Shown: piece by piece, positions 34,284 to 48,400 of the stretch
Layout: every line of letters begins with the position of its first letter
How positions within the stretch are numbered: the first letter of the stretch is position 1
Source: Podarcis vaucheri
Taxonomy: Eukaryota
Length of the DNA stretch: 64,000 bases
NCBI GenBank assembly: GCA_965113315.1
Contig: OZ220365.1
Direction: 5' to 3' (one strand)
Notes under the pieces: model-generated
What the model was told of the DNA's origin: nothing
The model's input: the letters and a program-made list of their open reading frames with translations, nothing else
The model's database searches: none
Position numbers and translations under genes: made by a program

Positions 34284-37166
34284 ATACACAGTTTGGTAAG
34301 TTAGCTTTTCACACGTGCTAATTCTGGAGGGTTAAAAAGGCTTAACACACAGCCCAAATACACACAGGTCTAGGTATAATCTCACACAGGAGACTAGCCT
34401 CTCCCAATTAGCTTTTGAAACCCAAGTCTTAATTGAATTCTAGCACCTATTGGTCCTAGGGATTTAGGAGAAGTCTAGCATCCACAAACACATCACAGTA
34501 TTTTAAAGGTGCACATGCTAAGCCTTCTTTAAGCACTGACTGTAGGCACACTGAACACACCTGAAGGAGCAGGATTGTGGCAGCAACCCTTGTTCTTGAC
34601 CCCATGTCCACTTGGCTGTTGGAACTGACCCTCCACAAACATACTGACTTTATGCACATGGCCACTGTCTGCCTTGAACCTATCCAAAAGCCATTGCCAT
34701 CCCTAGGATTGCTAGTAGAACAAGAAACTACCTGTGGCTATAATGCTGGATTTCATTTTATTTTTTACCTTCATGAAGTTCAGTAAATGATGGGCTGATA
34801 TTGCAGCACCCATCCAAATAGTTTCTGGGACAAATTGCCTATTCTGTTGTTTGGGGTTCTGCTTTCACAGTGCCTAGATTTGCAGGCCATTCTCTCCAAC
34901 ACCAGTGTCACACACAATAACTTCCAGCCATCTCAAGAGGGTCCCAGGGGATCCTCAGGCACTATGCTGATGTAGAAAATCCCATGGAACAATCTCAAGG
35001 TTCATGCCTGCCCAAGTCTCCACCACTGTACCACCACTGGTCATTGATCAGTGATAGCAGCTAATAACTTCATGGGCTCTCGTCCTCAGCAAGCATGCTG
35101 AGGGCTTAGCAAGAGCTCAGCGCTATAACATTTGTTATCTAAGAATGCGAAATGTGCCCACAGCATGACCTTCATGAAAAGTATTTCCATTGTATCCTTC
35201 TCCTTCACGCAGTTGCACCAAGTCACAGCAGTTTGCTAGACTAGTCTAGTAAATTTCAGAATGGAGGGAAGCCAGAGAATGAGGAAAACATTAATGCAGA
35301 GGCTAGATACTTTTTCCTTTCCTTTGATGGGGTCCCTACTTCAGGTTATCTGTTTAAATGGCAACACCGCTCTGCAAGATTGTCACCATTTCTAATTAAA
35401 ATCAAAAAGGTTTCATTTCAGCTTTTGTTAAAGCTCCATTTGTCTTTCGAGTTGAATTTCTTCTATAAACATCTATTCGGTGATTGTGAGCTGATCCTAT
35501 TATGCTTCGTACTGCTGCTTTTTGGTGGGTGTATATTTGTGTGTATGTATGTATGTACACATATATGTGTGTGTGTGTATTTGGATCAACACAGCTGCCT
35601 CATCTTTTGGACTCTCTTTGGGAACGTGGCTATGGGGGCGTCACAATGAGCTTCTGCACTTCAGAACTTACCGCTCCATCACTGTATTTAAAACCCCAGT
35701 TCAAGAAGCTTGATAGCACATGTGGTTACATTTTCTAAGAAGATGGTGCGGAGGTGTTTCAACAGAAGAGAGAGAGAATGGCTCCTTGCACATTCTTTAT
35801 TAGGAAGTGGTAAGTATATTTGTCTCAGTGCAAACCAATACCTATTTCTGGAAACATTGGTTTAATACTTTTTCCTCTAGCAGAGAGGATGTTTCATTCT
35901 ATAGACAGTTCTCAGACGCACTGACACTGTTTTCTTAAAAAGTCAGAAAGTTGAGTGTGTGTGTCCCTGCCTAGGAAGAACTTTTGTCCCATCTCTGGAG
36001 ACAGAAACGAGCAAACAACAAGACTTTTAACTTTGCGACCCAGCGAAAAATCAATTTGGGGCACATTTCCCCCAGAAGGTGCACCCTACGGCTCATCAGA
36101 TATGGCGCAGTAGGGCCTCTGAGAACTTTGAGAGACTTTTGCCAATGCCCATTTAAACAACGGATTCCTTTCTAACATTTCTGAAGGGGTCCATGCACCA
36201 AATTTACAAATGCTAGGGTGTCCAGAGAAAGGTGGTTTGTGGTGGTCTTACAGCTATAGGACACGTTTGTTAACTACTCCAACCAAACCTTTGTGACAGG
36301 TCAAAGCATGCATTTAAAAATGATGTTGCCAACTTTTTTATTATTATTTACTTACTCTGCTCCTGCGCCTTCATAAACTACCAGATCGCATAGAAACAAA
36401 ACAAGCCCCTTTAACTCCTTCTGCAGCTTCTTAACAAATAGTTGTTTAATTCATTTGGTCAATGTGAAATCCATTAACAGTTGAGTTAACACCCCTTCCC
36501 AAACTCTGAGGTTTTCAGGGTCTCTGTTGAAGGGTCCCACCCCACCCCCAGCTCAGCTGCCCAACACTTGAAGCTGTACATTCAGTATAGTGGGCCCAAG
36601 CCTGTGGAACTCCCACCCACCTGAGATTAGACAGGCACCCTCCTTGCTGAACCTCTGGTGCATGACAAAGACTTTATTTCGACAGGCATGTTAAGGTAGT
36701 TCAGTTTTGTTGGCATGATGAATTTTAATTGTTCATATTCTCTGTATTAAACATTTATAAAAAGCTTTTTTGGGTGGGAGAAAGGAGTCCTTTAAATTGG
36801 ACTGAAGAGGACACACACGAGAAGGGGACAGTCAGAGAGAGAAGGGGGGTCCTGGCATGAAAGGCAGGATAGAAAGGGTCTCACAGCAAGAAGATGTAGG
36901 GTCCCAGGTGGGAGATGGGAGGGTCTACCTCTCTGCGTGTGGTTAAATGATAGGATATATATGATAAAAACATGATAACGGGCCTTTCAGTTTTTTCTCT
37001 TTCTCTCTCTCTCTCTTTCTCCTCTTACTTTTTCTATTCTTGTTCTGTAGACTAGTCCAATTCTTACTGTAATTTATGTCAAAAATTCTCAATCAACATT
37101 TTTTTAATAAAAAACGATTTTAGATACACCGCTTAGAAATTCTGAATATTAAGGTTTATACAAATA

Positions 37167-37387
37167 CAGTGTGGTACCTCGGTTTTCGAATGCAACCCGT
37201 TCTGGAAGACCGTTTGAGTTCTGAAACGTTCAAAAACCGAAAACTCAATATGGAAGCCTCAGTATGGAAAACTCAATGCAGAAGCCGCATGGCATGTTCG
37301 ACTTCCGAGGCGTGTTCGAAAACCAAAGCATTTACTTCCGGGTTTACGGTGTTCGAAAACCGAAATGTTCGTCAACGGATACCACTG
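37167..37387. mobile_element. Tc1/mariner MITE (third family)
   Basis: TA-CAGT(GT)GGTACCTC ... GATACCACTG-TA; internal TTCGAAAACC repeats. Confidence 0.75.
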
Positions 37388-38230
37388 TATCTGAAGTAAC
37401 AAATCTGAGGCCCTGCTTCAGTTGACCATTCATGGTTTCCTCAGAGAGTTGTCTTTTAAAGTATGGCTTTGTTTGTATTATCAAGGCAAAGTCTGGGTGA
37501 ATAACTTTGAATTTGTTTTAAAATTATTTCCCCCGCAGACTTTAAAACTTGTATTGTTCTCTTCCACTTCTCCCCCCACCCTTCAAACTTCTGCTGTTAG
37601 GTAGCACCCTATAAAAGTTGCTGAAACTCCAACACCTAAAATGGCCTCATAAACCCTGCGGACATTGAGCTCCTAGAGAACAGATTGGATGGGTAAAAAT
37701 TAGTGTGTGTGTTCTCGCAGAACCTGAGAAAATAGCACCTTCACTTAGTTAAAAAAAATCTGTTTGTGCCACTCTAATAATCACTTCATAACTGGTGGGA
37801 TAGCAGAACATATGTCTCTGGAGTGGCAGAACAGAGAATGCTCCTGTACCTCTGTTCCCTGAGAGAGGGAGAAATACCTTTTGCAGCGTTTCTCTTGCAA
37901 ATTCTGTGCCAAAGGGCTCCTCTTCAGAAACTTCAACTGAAATGTAAATTGCTCATGAAAACTAAATGAAATGTTTGTTGTCGTTTTTAAGGGTGAGATG
38001 ACGTGTATATTGAAATGCTATTTGACATATGTCCCAACCGTCCTTATTTACCAAGAGCAGTCATTATCCCTGGTGCGTTCCACCGCTAAAATGCTGGTGA
38101 GGTATCTTGGGGGGGGGGGTTTCATTTTGCTTTTTTGGAGAGCTACTGAGATTTCTTCCTTTAATGTTGTAAGCAAGCATGCATATGTGCCAGAGATCAT
38201 CAGGTTTTCAGTTATGTCTCCTGAGTCTCA

Positions 38231-39085
38231 CATACCCTCTAACATTTCTCCGATGGAAATAAGGACACCCTATTCAATGATTATTATTGCTATTATTGTT
38301 ATTACAACTACTACTGTTACTATTATTATAATTTTTATAACCCACCCATCTGACTGGGTTGCCCCTGCCACTCTGGGCTGCTTCCAACATATATTAAACT
38401 TAATAAAACATTAAACATTAAAAAAAAACTTCCCTATACAGGCCTGCCTTCACTTGCCTTTTAAAGGTTGTAAAGTTACTTATCTCCTTGATTTGGGGTG
38501 TGTGTGTCACACAACACAATGCCCTCCAACATTTCTCTGATGAAAATAGGGACTTCCTAAGGACTTCCCTGTAGTGATGTATGGAAGTGAGAGCTGGACC
38601 ATAAAGAAGGCTGATCGCCAAAGAATTTATGCTTTTGAATTATGGTGCTGGAGGAGACTCATGGACTGCAAGAAGATCAAACCTATCCATTCTTAAGGAA
38701 ATCAGCCCTGAATGCTCACTGGAAGGACAGATCCTGAAGCTGAGGCTCCAATACTTTGGCCACCTTATGAGAAGAGAAGACTTCCTGGAAAAGACCCTGA
38801 TGTTGGGAAAGATGGAGGGCACAAGGAGAAGGGGATGACAGAGGACGAGATGGTTTGATAGTGTCTTCGAAGCTACCAGCATGAGTCTGACCAAATTGCG
38901 GGAGGCAGTGGAAGACAGGAGTGCCTGGCGTGCTCTAGTCCATGGGGTCACGAAGAGTCGGACACAACTAAACGACTAAACAACAACAGAGGAAAAGCAG
39001 GACATTATGGGATGAAATCAGAAACTGGGACAGCTTCTGTAACTCTGAGACTGTCACTGGCAAATAGGGACACTTAGAAGGTCTG
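38231..39085 (-). mobile_element. Composite TIR element carrying an L2 tail (copy 2), interrupted by BovB
   Basis: Colinear with copy 1 at 31573..32469. Confidence 0.7.
38566..38988 (+). mobile_element. BovB (RTE) LINE 3' end
   Basis: YGSESWTIKKADR.., LKEISPECSLEGQILKLRLQYFGHLMRR..LEKTLMLGK; tail GACTAAACAACAACA. Confidence 0.95.
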
Positions 39086-40905
39086 GTCTTGACAGCTCAT
39101 AGAACAATATATCTGAGAAGATGGAATGACTGTTAACTCATGCACTGGGCTGAAGCCGCTGTCTCGGACTTTTTCCAGCATTGACAGTTGTATGTGTACG
39201 TGGAGAAGGAGGGGTAATTCTTATAATTTTCAGAGGCAGATTACTTTTTTAAAAAAGTAATGACTGGCATCTTGAGGATGGCGGCATCATTTAGATGGTG
39301 CAAAAAACTGAAGTCCATGAGAGACACCAATTAATTCCACAATCATCCTCTTATGTGGAAGGGCCCTAACATGGCGACTTTCCTGGAAATGAGCAAAGGC
39401 TACTCGTAATAGAAAGACTGGCATTCTTGGGTGACACCAGACAAGGGCTCGGCTGAGATTTTTCAAAAGCCATATAAATGGGAACTCTTCGAATGGTTCA
39501 AGGATTGTTTTGAAGTTGCTAGTAAATGCAGAGCTGAGCTGGAATGCAAGGACTGTCTGCAAGGCCATGGTGGGTAGCTTTTGCGGCGACAGCAAAAGTA
39601 TCTTGCTTGTTTACTATTACAAAATTGCCTTGGTAAAAATGTTTAAAAGAACATTCCCATTCGCCTTTTGGGCTCTGCACTGAAATAGTACATATGAAGG
39701 AGCTGAGAATAATTTAGAGCAGGGCGTAGCTGAGGAGAGGAAAGCTGTTCCAAGTAGAAACCGAGGGTGATTCAATGGCTTGTAAACAACCATAAAAACG
39801 TATGTGGACTGGCCTTGGGTGCCGCACTGCAGGAGGAACTGAAAACAGTTGATGTGGGTTGAAGGCAGGGCAATAATATACACCCACCCACATGTCACAC
39901 TCAAGAGTACACCCATTAAAACTGATGAACCGAAGGCTCTCGATATTTAAAAACTTGTAAGATCTTGGGTTAAAGTCCAAAGGCGTTGTTGCAGGCTAAT
40001 AAACAGATTGCAAACTAAACAGTAAGTGTTTAGGATTGCAGCCTTCAGACGACGTGACTTCCCATGTGAATATCTTTTACCCTGAAACCTACGTGCTCTT
40101 CCTTATATCATCAGACCAAAGGTCAATGCTTTCCAGCTCATGAGGCAGGTTTGTTTTAAGGTAGACAGTTTCTACGACTTTGTAGCAGAACACAAGGCAG
40201 TATACTGAGGCTCACCGCGTGAAGTCGCCTTTTGATTTCCTAATCCCAGTGGATTAAGCATCCGTTTACAGCTGGGGGGACAAGCAAGGGCTACTCAACA
40301 GTGAGATCAAGGAAAAGTTGAAGCCCAGCCTTCAATGCAGGATTTATTTTCTCTTGCCCCTCTCTTATTGCACAAGCAGTTTGCCCCTCACCTGCCCCTA
40401 GACTTTCAGAAACCAACAGAAATCAGGAACAGGCAGGCAGGGAAATAACGGAGAAGGAACGAAAGAAAAAGACAGGAATGTTGGGAAGATGAGTGAAAAT
40501 CAGAGGGAACAAGGCGGGAGGGAACGAAATGCGTTGGAAAAAATGTGGGGGACAGCCCCCGCACACTATCATTTAGGGATGAGGTTGTCTCTCTTCCTTA
40601 ACCTATAGTTGCTCTGCGTGATGCCCTAGACTTCTCGTGGAGGAAGGGCAGGGTATATATATCAAATAAATAAGAATAATAGTAGTTGTTGCCTGTAATA
40701 AGCAATTCATGTATCATTCACAACACGTCAGGAATAAGGCCCAGGGCACAAAATAATATCAATACATCTAGCTAGCCTTCCCTTTGTGCCTCTCTGAGGC
40801 TGGATCAGCCTACAACATTTTGTAAGTTAATTTAATGTTTCAGTGTGATGCGGCTAGAATTGTGCACTTTAAAGTCCCACTAATAAAAAAAGGAAGAGCT
40901 AAACA

Positions 40906-41198
40906 AGCCTGGATAGCTCAGCTGGTTAGAACATGGTGCTGATAACGCCACGGTTGCAGGTTCGGTCCCTGTAAGGGACGGCTGCATATTCCTGCATTGT
41001 GGGGTCTAGAATAGATCAGGCATCCCCAACCTTGGGCCCTCCAGATGTTTTGGACTACAATTCCCATCATCCCTGACTACTGGTCCTGTTAGCTAGGGAT
41101 CATGGGAGTTGTAGGCCAAAACATCTGGAGGGCTGTCAATTGGGGATGCCTGGTCTAGATGGCATGGTCCCTTCCAACTCTACAATTCTATGTTCTAT
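40906..41198 (+). mobile_element. tRNA-Ile-headed, CR1-tailed SINE interrupted by a hAT MITE
   Basis: GATAGCTCAGCTGGTTAGAACATGGTGCTGATAACGCCACGGTTGCAGGTTCGGTCCCTGTAAGGG closely follows tRNA-Ile; then ATTCCTGCATTG...CCCTTCCAACTCTACAATTCTATGTTCTA. Confidence 0.85.
41017..41152. mobile_element. hAT MITE (same family as 23926 and 63094)
   Basis: TIR CAGGCATCCCCAA / TTGGGGATGCCTG; imperfect TSD GAATAGAT/GTCTAGAT. Confidence 0.88.
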
Positions 41199-41896
41199 AT
41201 GCTTGAATCTCTCCCATCGAAAGGGTCAGAGGTAGGACATAAGTCCCAGGTCCATTCCTTGGAATCTCCAGGTAAAGCTGGGGAATACCTTGGAGAGCTG
41301 CTGCCAGCCTGTGTTGGTACTACTGAGCTGGGCCAATGGACTAACTCAGCACAAGGCAGTGCCTTCTGATCCTTTCCAATGGGCCTCATGTACCATGCTG
41401 CTAACTCAAGCTGTATTGTGCCCCGTGTTATTAATTTAGGCTTCTGTGTATTTTCTCAAAATGTCACTTGCTTTTATGGTTGTTCACCTAATTGACGTTA
41501 ATGCAAATAATGTGTAGGGACTTCTGTAAAATGTCTCCCAAGTAGCTGCAAAGAGAATAGCTCCACATATGGCTATGATTATATGAGTATTTAAATGTTT
41601 ATGCTGGTGGCTTGTAGATGTCAAATGAAATCATTATGCATAAGGTATTTTTAAAAGTTGATTTTTTTAAAAAAAGTATCATTTTCTGTTATAAAGTAAT
41701 GTGTAGGACTTCATATCTGGCCCCTTAAGACTATATTGGGAGGTCGGTGTGGGGAGGTGGGTAAATGCACTAATTTTCCTTTATCTACAATTTTAAATCT
41801 TTCATTTTCATATTCATTTATATGAAACCAGGTCCCTATTTTTCATGCTTTAGTCACTGGTGTTGCTGTTGTGACACTGGTGTCAAGGTTGCAGTA

Positions 41897-41899
<3 letters not shown>

Positions 41900-41952
<53 letters not shown>
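41900..41952. repeat. (AAT)n microsatellite
   Basis: About 17 perfect units. Confidence 0.95.
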
Positions 41953-41953
<1 letters not shown>

Positions 41954-42215
41954 TTATTTGTACCCTACACATTTGTTTGGTATGATTATGAAAGCTCAAA
42001 TGAACTGTTGGAACTTTCTCATTTGCAGGTTTAGGAACTGTGAGCACTGTCTAGGGTGTATCAGTTCAGAATTTTAAAAGTATATACCTTTTTAAAGGTT
42101 GGCATGCCTTTGACCCCCAACTTCAGGGTCCAGAGAAAGTGAGATGGAAAGGCTAAGGTAATGCATGGGTACTTGTAGGTCAAACTTTCTTCTATCATCC
42201 CTGATTGGTCATTCT

Positions 42216-42354
42216 TAGGGCTCCCATACGTCTGGAATGTCCCAGACACCCACCCCAGACAGCTGGGATTTGCCCCCCATAAACAGCGTCTGGGCAGAAA
42301 AAGTTCAACAACTCTTGTGCCCAGATTTTCACTTTTTGAAATATGGTAACCCAA
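42216..42354. mobile_element. hAT MITE with TAGGG ends
   Basis: Perfect 8-bp TSD GTCATTCT; related to 59988..60176. Confidence 0.8.
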
Positions 42355-45300
42355 GTCATTCTGGCTTGTGTGGATGGCCTCGAACAACTTTTGTGGGTGC
42401 CAGGTTGTAGAAGACTGTTGAAGAATGTGTTTACTGCTTATGTGGCATGGAAGTTAAGTGGGTATCGAGACTGCTGATGCTACCTGGCAGTTTTGCGCAA
42501 CTGCCTGGGCTCTGTCGCCCTGGTAGGGTCGACCGGCAATAGGTTCTCTAGGGCTCCTGCATTGGGTGGTTTCAAGCCATCATTTAAAATTTCCCACAAT
42601 GCCCTGGAATGTTCATCATAGCATCGCCCCAGGGGATTGTGGGAAATTTACAATGGTAGGTTAGCCCAGGCCAGTTGCTAAGCCTGAAGTTTACCCAGGA
42701 AGCACTGACATGGGAGAGGGATAGGGAGGGCTAAGGGCCCCACATATCTAGAGCCCACCCATGTGGGTGCCCTAACTCTTCCCTTAAATGGAACGCCTGG
42801 GCGGGAAATCTGCTAGAATCAGAGCACTTTTAGGAAATTACCTTACTGGTTACATGCCATTGTCTTCTCCATTTTCAGATAAAATCCTTACCAAATCTGG
42901 CACAGTCTGAGCCTTTGCGAAACTTTCATGTTCCTTCAGATTATGTTGATAAAAGCTTGAGTGAAGAATACAGAAAGCAAAGCAAGGCATCTTAAGTCCT
43001 TGGAACAAATCTGTCCCAAATATTTGCTTTTCACAATTGTCCCCTTCAGAGATTTAAAAGGTCAGTGGGGGGAAATTACTCAGAGACAAAGGTGATTGTG
43101 TGTCGACCTGTAGGATGGAGACCTGGCTTATTCCACACCTCTTTCTGTTTCACACTTCCTCCTGACCTTGTGAAACTCACTGCAGATCAGTTTGCACATT
43201 CTGAAAAAGCACATTGAATACCCTCCACTCATAGTAGACAACTCCTAGGGGCTGGGGGGTCATTGCCCTCCCCCCAATAAAATATTTAAGGGGACTGCTC
43301 CCCCCAAAATTTGATGGGCATTGGCATTCAAGTGGTGTGCATGTGATAGATTATGCGGCGCTGGGCTCACCTGGTTTACCTGCCCCCCCCCCAATATTTT
43401 ATTCAAGTTAGCACCCCTGTCCCCACTGCAGTCTCTTAAGAATGCAGATGGGAGACTGAGTAGTCCCCCATTTTTATCCCCCCCAAATATATTCCGGCCC
43501 CCCACATGGTCTGAGGGACGGTGGACCGGCCCATAGCTGAGAAAGGTTGCTGACCCCTGAGCTGGACTCTGCTAGCCTGTTTTGGTAGTGGCATCTTCAG
43601 TTTGCCACATTCATTCCACTGAAGCAAAAAACTTTGAAAATACTAGCAATCAGGCTCTCTGCACATCACAATACTGTGTGCATGGAATGTGTGTGGCATT
43701 GGGGTTATGCATGCTCTCCCTGCCTCTCAGATCAGTGCATTTTGATGAATTAAGAGTGCAATCCTATAGTTGTCTACTAGAAGCAATCCCCATTGAGCTT
43801 AATGAAATTTACTCTGCACCTTAAGGCTGCCAAGCAGAGAAAGTACATGTGTAGGCTGTGTGACTGGGGTCCCCGATTTAGGCTGCAGTCAGACCACCTT
43901 CAGCTGAACATGGGGAGGCTGCAGCCACTTAGAGGTTTATTCACAGCATATTAGCAGCATATTAGTTTTGTTAAATAAAACAAATAACAAGGCTGGAATA
44001 CTAAGTGAGGCTGTTGGTCCATCTATCTCCATATTGTCTATATATACAGACTGGCTACAGCTCTCCGGGATTTCAGATAGGGGGTCTCATTCAGTCCAGA
44101 TAGGGTCTCACCTGACCCACAGACATGTGATCTTTCTGTAGGGTTGGAAGCAGAGACTATGGATGTTGTTCTGCCCCATCCTTCCCACATAAATTGGAAA
44201 AAAGAGAGAGCCTCCGATGCATAAATGGAAGTGTGTGGCAACAGTGACATGGAAAGTCAGAATTCATTGTTTCATTTGTTCACTGAAATCATTGTTAAAT
44301 ACATTAAAATAACTAATCTTTGTTGTTCTTTTTTCTTTTCAAGAAACCCCATGACTTTGCTTTGAGGTAGAGCGAAATCAAATTGCTTGTTGGAAAATAT
44401 GAAAGTGTCAAAGGAGCATGGCCAATTGATGCTGATGTGAAGCAAGCTTGTCTTTTTTCTTCAGTTGCCTTTTCTTCTTCTGATATTTTGTTTAATGTTC
44501 TCTGTCAGCATCTTTCGGAGAGAGATGGATCAAATTGGCGGAGATTGTTTATCTGCAGAGGGCTAGCATAGGGTACCTCCATATATCCACAGATGGTCCA
44601 AGACATTGTGGTGCTTGAGGAGGAAAACCAAGATGGCACCCCAGTAAGAGAATAAAAAATATATCTTTTACTTGGGATGGTTTTAGGCTATTCTTGCTTG
44701 TTCCTTAGCTATTGCTGTTTTGTTTCTTCTTTTAAGGTAAATCTTTCTTATCCTAAAATCTAATTCACGTTGTTCATCTCCACACAAAAGAGACTAGAGA
44801 TCAACAACTTCTCCATAGGCCTCATGCTAAATTCACTCCCCCCCCTTACACACACACACGTAAATGAGGTGATAGAGCCCTGATACATTGAACAGCCTAT
44901 TTTGTTATTGCTCGTTCGATCCCTATCCTGCCTTTTAATTCAGAAGGACCCCCAAATCCTACAGGAAATGAAATACAATCATACTGAGGCAGCTTCTATG
45001 CCCCACAACATCTGTCATCGCTCATAGAATTCCCTCACAGCAAATCCAGTTCTTAGTAGGCCATTTGACTGTTCCCATTACATTCTGCCCCGACTTGCAG
45101 CCCTGCTGGCAATTTGGTGTTTGGTTGTGTGGCTTTATGCTCTCTCTTGAGTGGGGTGTCATAAGTAAGGTTTGTTGTGCACCTTTGTTCCCCAACACTG
45201 AGCATCACTGAGGTTTCCCTATCCCTGGTGTAGACCATGCCTCAGAAGATTGAAACCAAAGGTGTTTTTCAGAGCAAAGCTGCCAGTGATAAGTTGCCAG

Positions 45301-46294
45301 AGGGCAGAAACAGCAGCTGTGGCAAAGCCCCACAAATATTTTCTGAGGCGCCGGCTGCAGGACAACCTGGAGGGGGGAAATAGCGATCGCTCTATGAGAG
45401 ACTTCATCTTGCATCAGTTGCTGCCACATAAGTTATTCTGAGCTCGTTGTCCCACTTCCCTCTTCCCATATGCCATCCTTCGAATGTGAAGATGAGTAGG
45501 CTTTCAAAGTGGGAGGCATCACAATGGAAGGAAAATTGTGTAAGAGAAGTTCATGATCCAGGATGGCAGGGACCCTTCAGTCTCTGAGCAGCTGTAGCTG
45601 TTACACCCTGTTATGAAGTCTTTACATTTGTGTGTGGCGTTTTCACATTGCCGCCTTCTTGTTATTGTTTTCTCCTGCTTCCTCTTGGTAATAGGACTGA
45701 AAAATCTTAACTTGTTTGTCTACAGAAGAGGCACATGCTTTTGGCTGAAGCGGGTGGGCACATTCCCTTCTGTGGAATGACAAAACAGGGAGAATTTTAC
45801 AGCGAGAAGTGCATTATTTCGGCCTTGTGCATGACTGGGCAGTGTGGTTCCATCTTGTGGGAAATAGGGTGAGCGGGAGGCTTGTGACATTGTGACGCTG
45901 TGGTCTCTGTAGTTATCTCTCAGATTAATAACAGTCCTTGAATGGCGGCATAGTCACTTGTTGTTTCCCCCACATTTTAATTTTGTCCTTCCCCCTCATT
46001 TTTTTTTTAAAGAAAAGGACATTCTCCAACAGTGGCATTGTTAGCCTTGAAAGAGGGAAACAGTCTTCATTGTTCAGCCATTCTCAAAGGGAATGTCCAG
46101 CCATTCTCAAAGGGAACTAGGGATGAAGAAAGACAGTCCCCTTCAACAATTATCACCACAGCAGGTTTTTCACTTCTTTTGAGAACCCAGCTTTCCCGCT
46201 TCTCTCATACCCTTGTGTACTTGAAAGCTGAAGACCGCAATCTTACTGTTCTGCCCACGTGTCTGGTGACCTGTCCATTTGAAATCTTGTAAAG

Positions 46295-46822
46295 AGTCTT
46301 GGTCAGACCACACCTGGAGAATTGTGTCCAGTTCTGGGTGCCACAATTTAAGAAGGATGTCGACAAGCTAGAATATGCACAGAGGAGGGTGATCAGGATG
46401 ATGAGGGGTCTGGAAAACAAGCCTTATGAGGAACAGTTGAAAGAGTTGGGTATGTTTAGCCTGGATAAGAAGAGACTGAGAGGAGATACGATACCCATTT
46501 TCAAATATCTAAAGGGCTGTCAAATGAAAGGTGGAGCAAGATTGTTTTCTCCTGCTCTGGAGGATGGGACCCGAACCAATGGATTCAAGTTACAAGAAAG
46601 GAGATTTTGACTAAACATGAGGAAGAACTTTCTGACAGTGAGTCTGTTCAACAGTGGAAGAGACTCCCGTGAGAGGTGGCGGGACTCTCCTTCTTTGGAG
46701 GCTTTCAAGCAGAGGTTGAGTGGCTGTCTGTCATGTATGATCTAGCTGAGATTCCTGCATTGAAGGGGGTTGGGCTAGATGTCCCTTAGTGGGTTCCTTC
46801 CAACTGTACAATTCTACAATTC
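46295..46822 (+). mobile_element. CR1 LINE 3' end
   Basis: ORF LVRPHLENCVQFWVPQFKKDVDKLE...LGMFSL.K.RLRGD; tail ATTCTACAATTC. Confidence 0.95.
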
Positions 46823-47659
46823 CTAGGCCAACCCCCTAGCCCAGAACACAAGAATATATGTGCACAGAAACTGCCTCATTAACTCCAGTAGAGGGGGCAG
46901 CTCAATATTGTATGCAAATTTACCTGTGTGTAGAACACCTTTTTCTATTTAAATAAACAGGGCAATGACTGTGGGGAGTGTAAACTCTATGCCCAGTTTT
47001 GAATTCCCACACTGAACTGAAGGATTGAACTCTTAGACTATTGAGTTGCTACTCTTCCCCCATCTCCCCAAAGCTATGAATATTTTTTTGCATTTCCCGC
47101 AACACCAATATTAAAGGTTTGCAATTCATGTGGATGAAAGCCTTCGTCTGTCAGTGGAAGTTTGTCCATCTCTGGGGTAAAATACAGGGAATTTAGGAAG
47201 AGAGGAATGTAATTTATTACCAATGTTTGGAAACCAGCCAAGATACTGAGATTAAAACCACTCATCATACAAAGGGTGCCTTGGGATTTTTAAATGACCG
47301 CAAATGATCAGCTCATCAACTTTTTAGCCTAAAATCCTCCACTGTGAATATGCACTTTCTAATAATAATTAGACTGATATTCAGGTAATCATGGCAATGC
47401 CCTCTTTAATTAGATAAGGCCCTCATTCAGATTTCCCACTGAGGTGTTTCATATATTGTTCACCTGTTGCCTTTGTCTGTGGGTCTCTTATTGATGTTGT
47501 CTGAGTTTACATCAGGATAAACAGGCAGGCCAAGCCTACAGTTCCTCTGTGTCAGCTGCTGTTAGGCTGGTCTCAAACTAGCATAGCATAGTCATGATCT
47601 TCGGTACTTCCCGCAGCAAAGAAAAAAGCACAGGAACAGTTATGGGAACAAGTGACAAG

Positions 47660-47952
47660 ATAGCTGAAGGAGTATCTCCATCCCCATTGTCCAGCCGGGA
47701 CACTGAGATCCAACACCGAGGGCCTTCTGGTGGTTCCCTCATGGTGAGAAGTGAAGTTACAGGGAACCAGGCCTTCTCAGTAGTGGCACCCACCCTGGTA
47801 TCAGATGTCAAAGAGAGAATACAACCTTTAGAAGACATCTGAAGGCAGCCTTGTATTGGGAAGCTTTTTAACGTGTAATGTTTTATAATGTTTTTATATA
47901 TGTTGGAAGCTGCAAAGAGTGGCTAGGGTAACAACAACAACAACAACAACAA
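47660..47952 (+). mobile_element. L2 LINE 3' end, degenerate, (AAC)n tail
   Basis: Similar to 21900..22257. Confidence 0.8.
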
Positions 47953-47984
47953 TGTGCTAACTCCTCCTTCTACACTTAGGCAGG

Positions 47985-48400
47985 AATAACCAGATGCACA
48001 AATGTAGGGTGGGAGACACCTGGCTTGACAGCAGTGCATGTGAAGATGTTCTAGGGGGGGTTTAGTAGACCACTGAGATAGCCATCTTCAGGTATCTAAA
48101 GGATACCACATGATAGTTTGTTTTCTGCTACTCCAGAGGGTAGGGCCCTGAGCCAATGGATTCACATTACAAGAAAGGAGATCCTGACTAAATGTTAGGA
48201 AGAACTTTCTGATGGTGAGAGCTGTTCAATAGTGGAATGGACCACCTTGAAAGGTGGTGGACTCTCCGTCCCTGGAGGTTTTTAAATAGAGGTCGGATAG
48301 CCATCTGCCAGGGATTCTTCAGCTGTGATTCCTGTGTTCAGGGGGTTGGGCTAGATGACCCCTGGGGGGGTCAACTTCCAACCCTACAGTCCTACGATTC
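47985..48400 (+). mobile_element. CR1 LINE 3' fragment
   Basis: Similar to 46480..46822. Confidence 0.85.

Noticed and set aside
40906-40980. Possible tRNA-Ile(GAT) gene
   Set aside because: Acceptor and T stems mismatched, no oligo-T terminator, fused to a CR1 tail: a SINE head. The same applies to the Lys-like and Asn-like copies.
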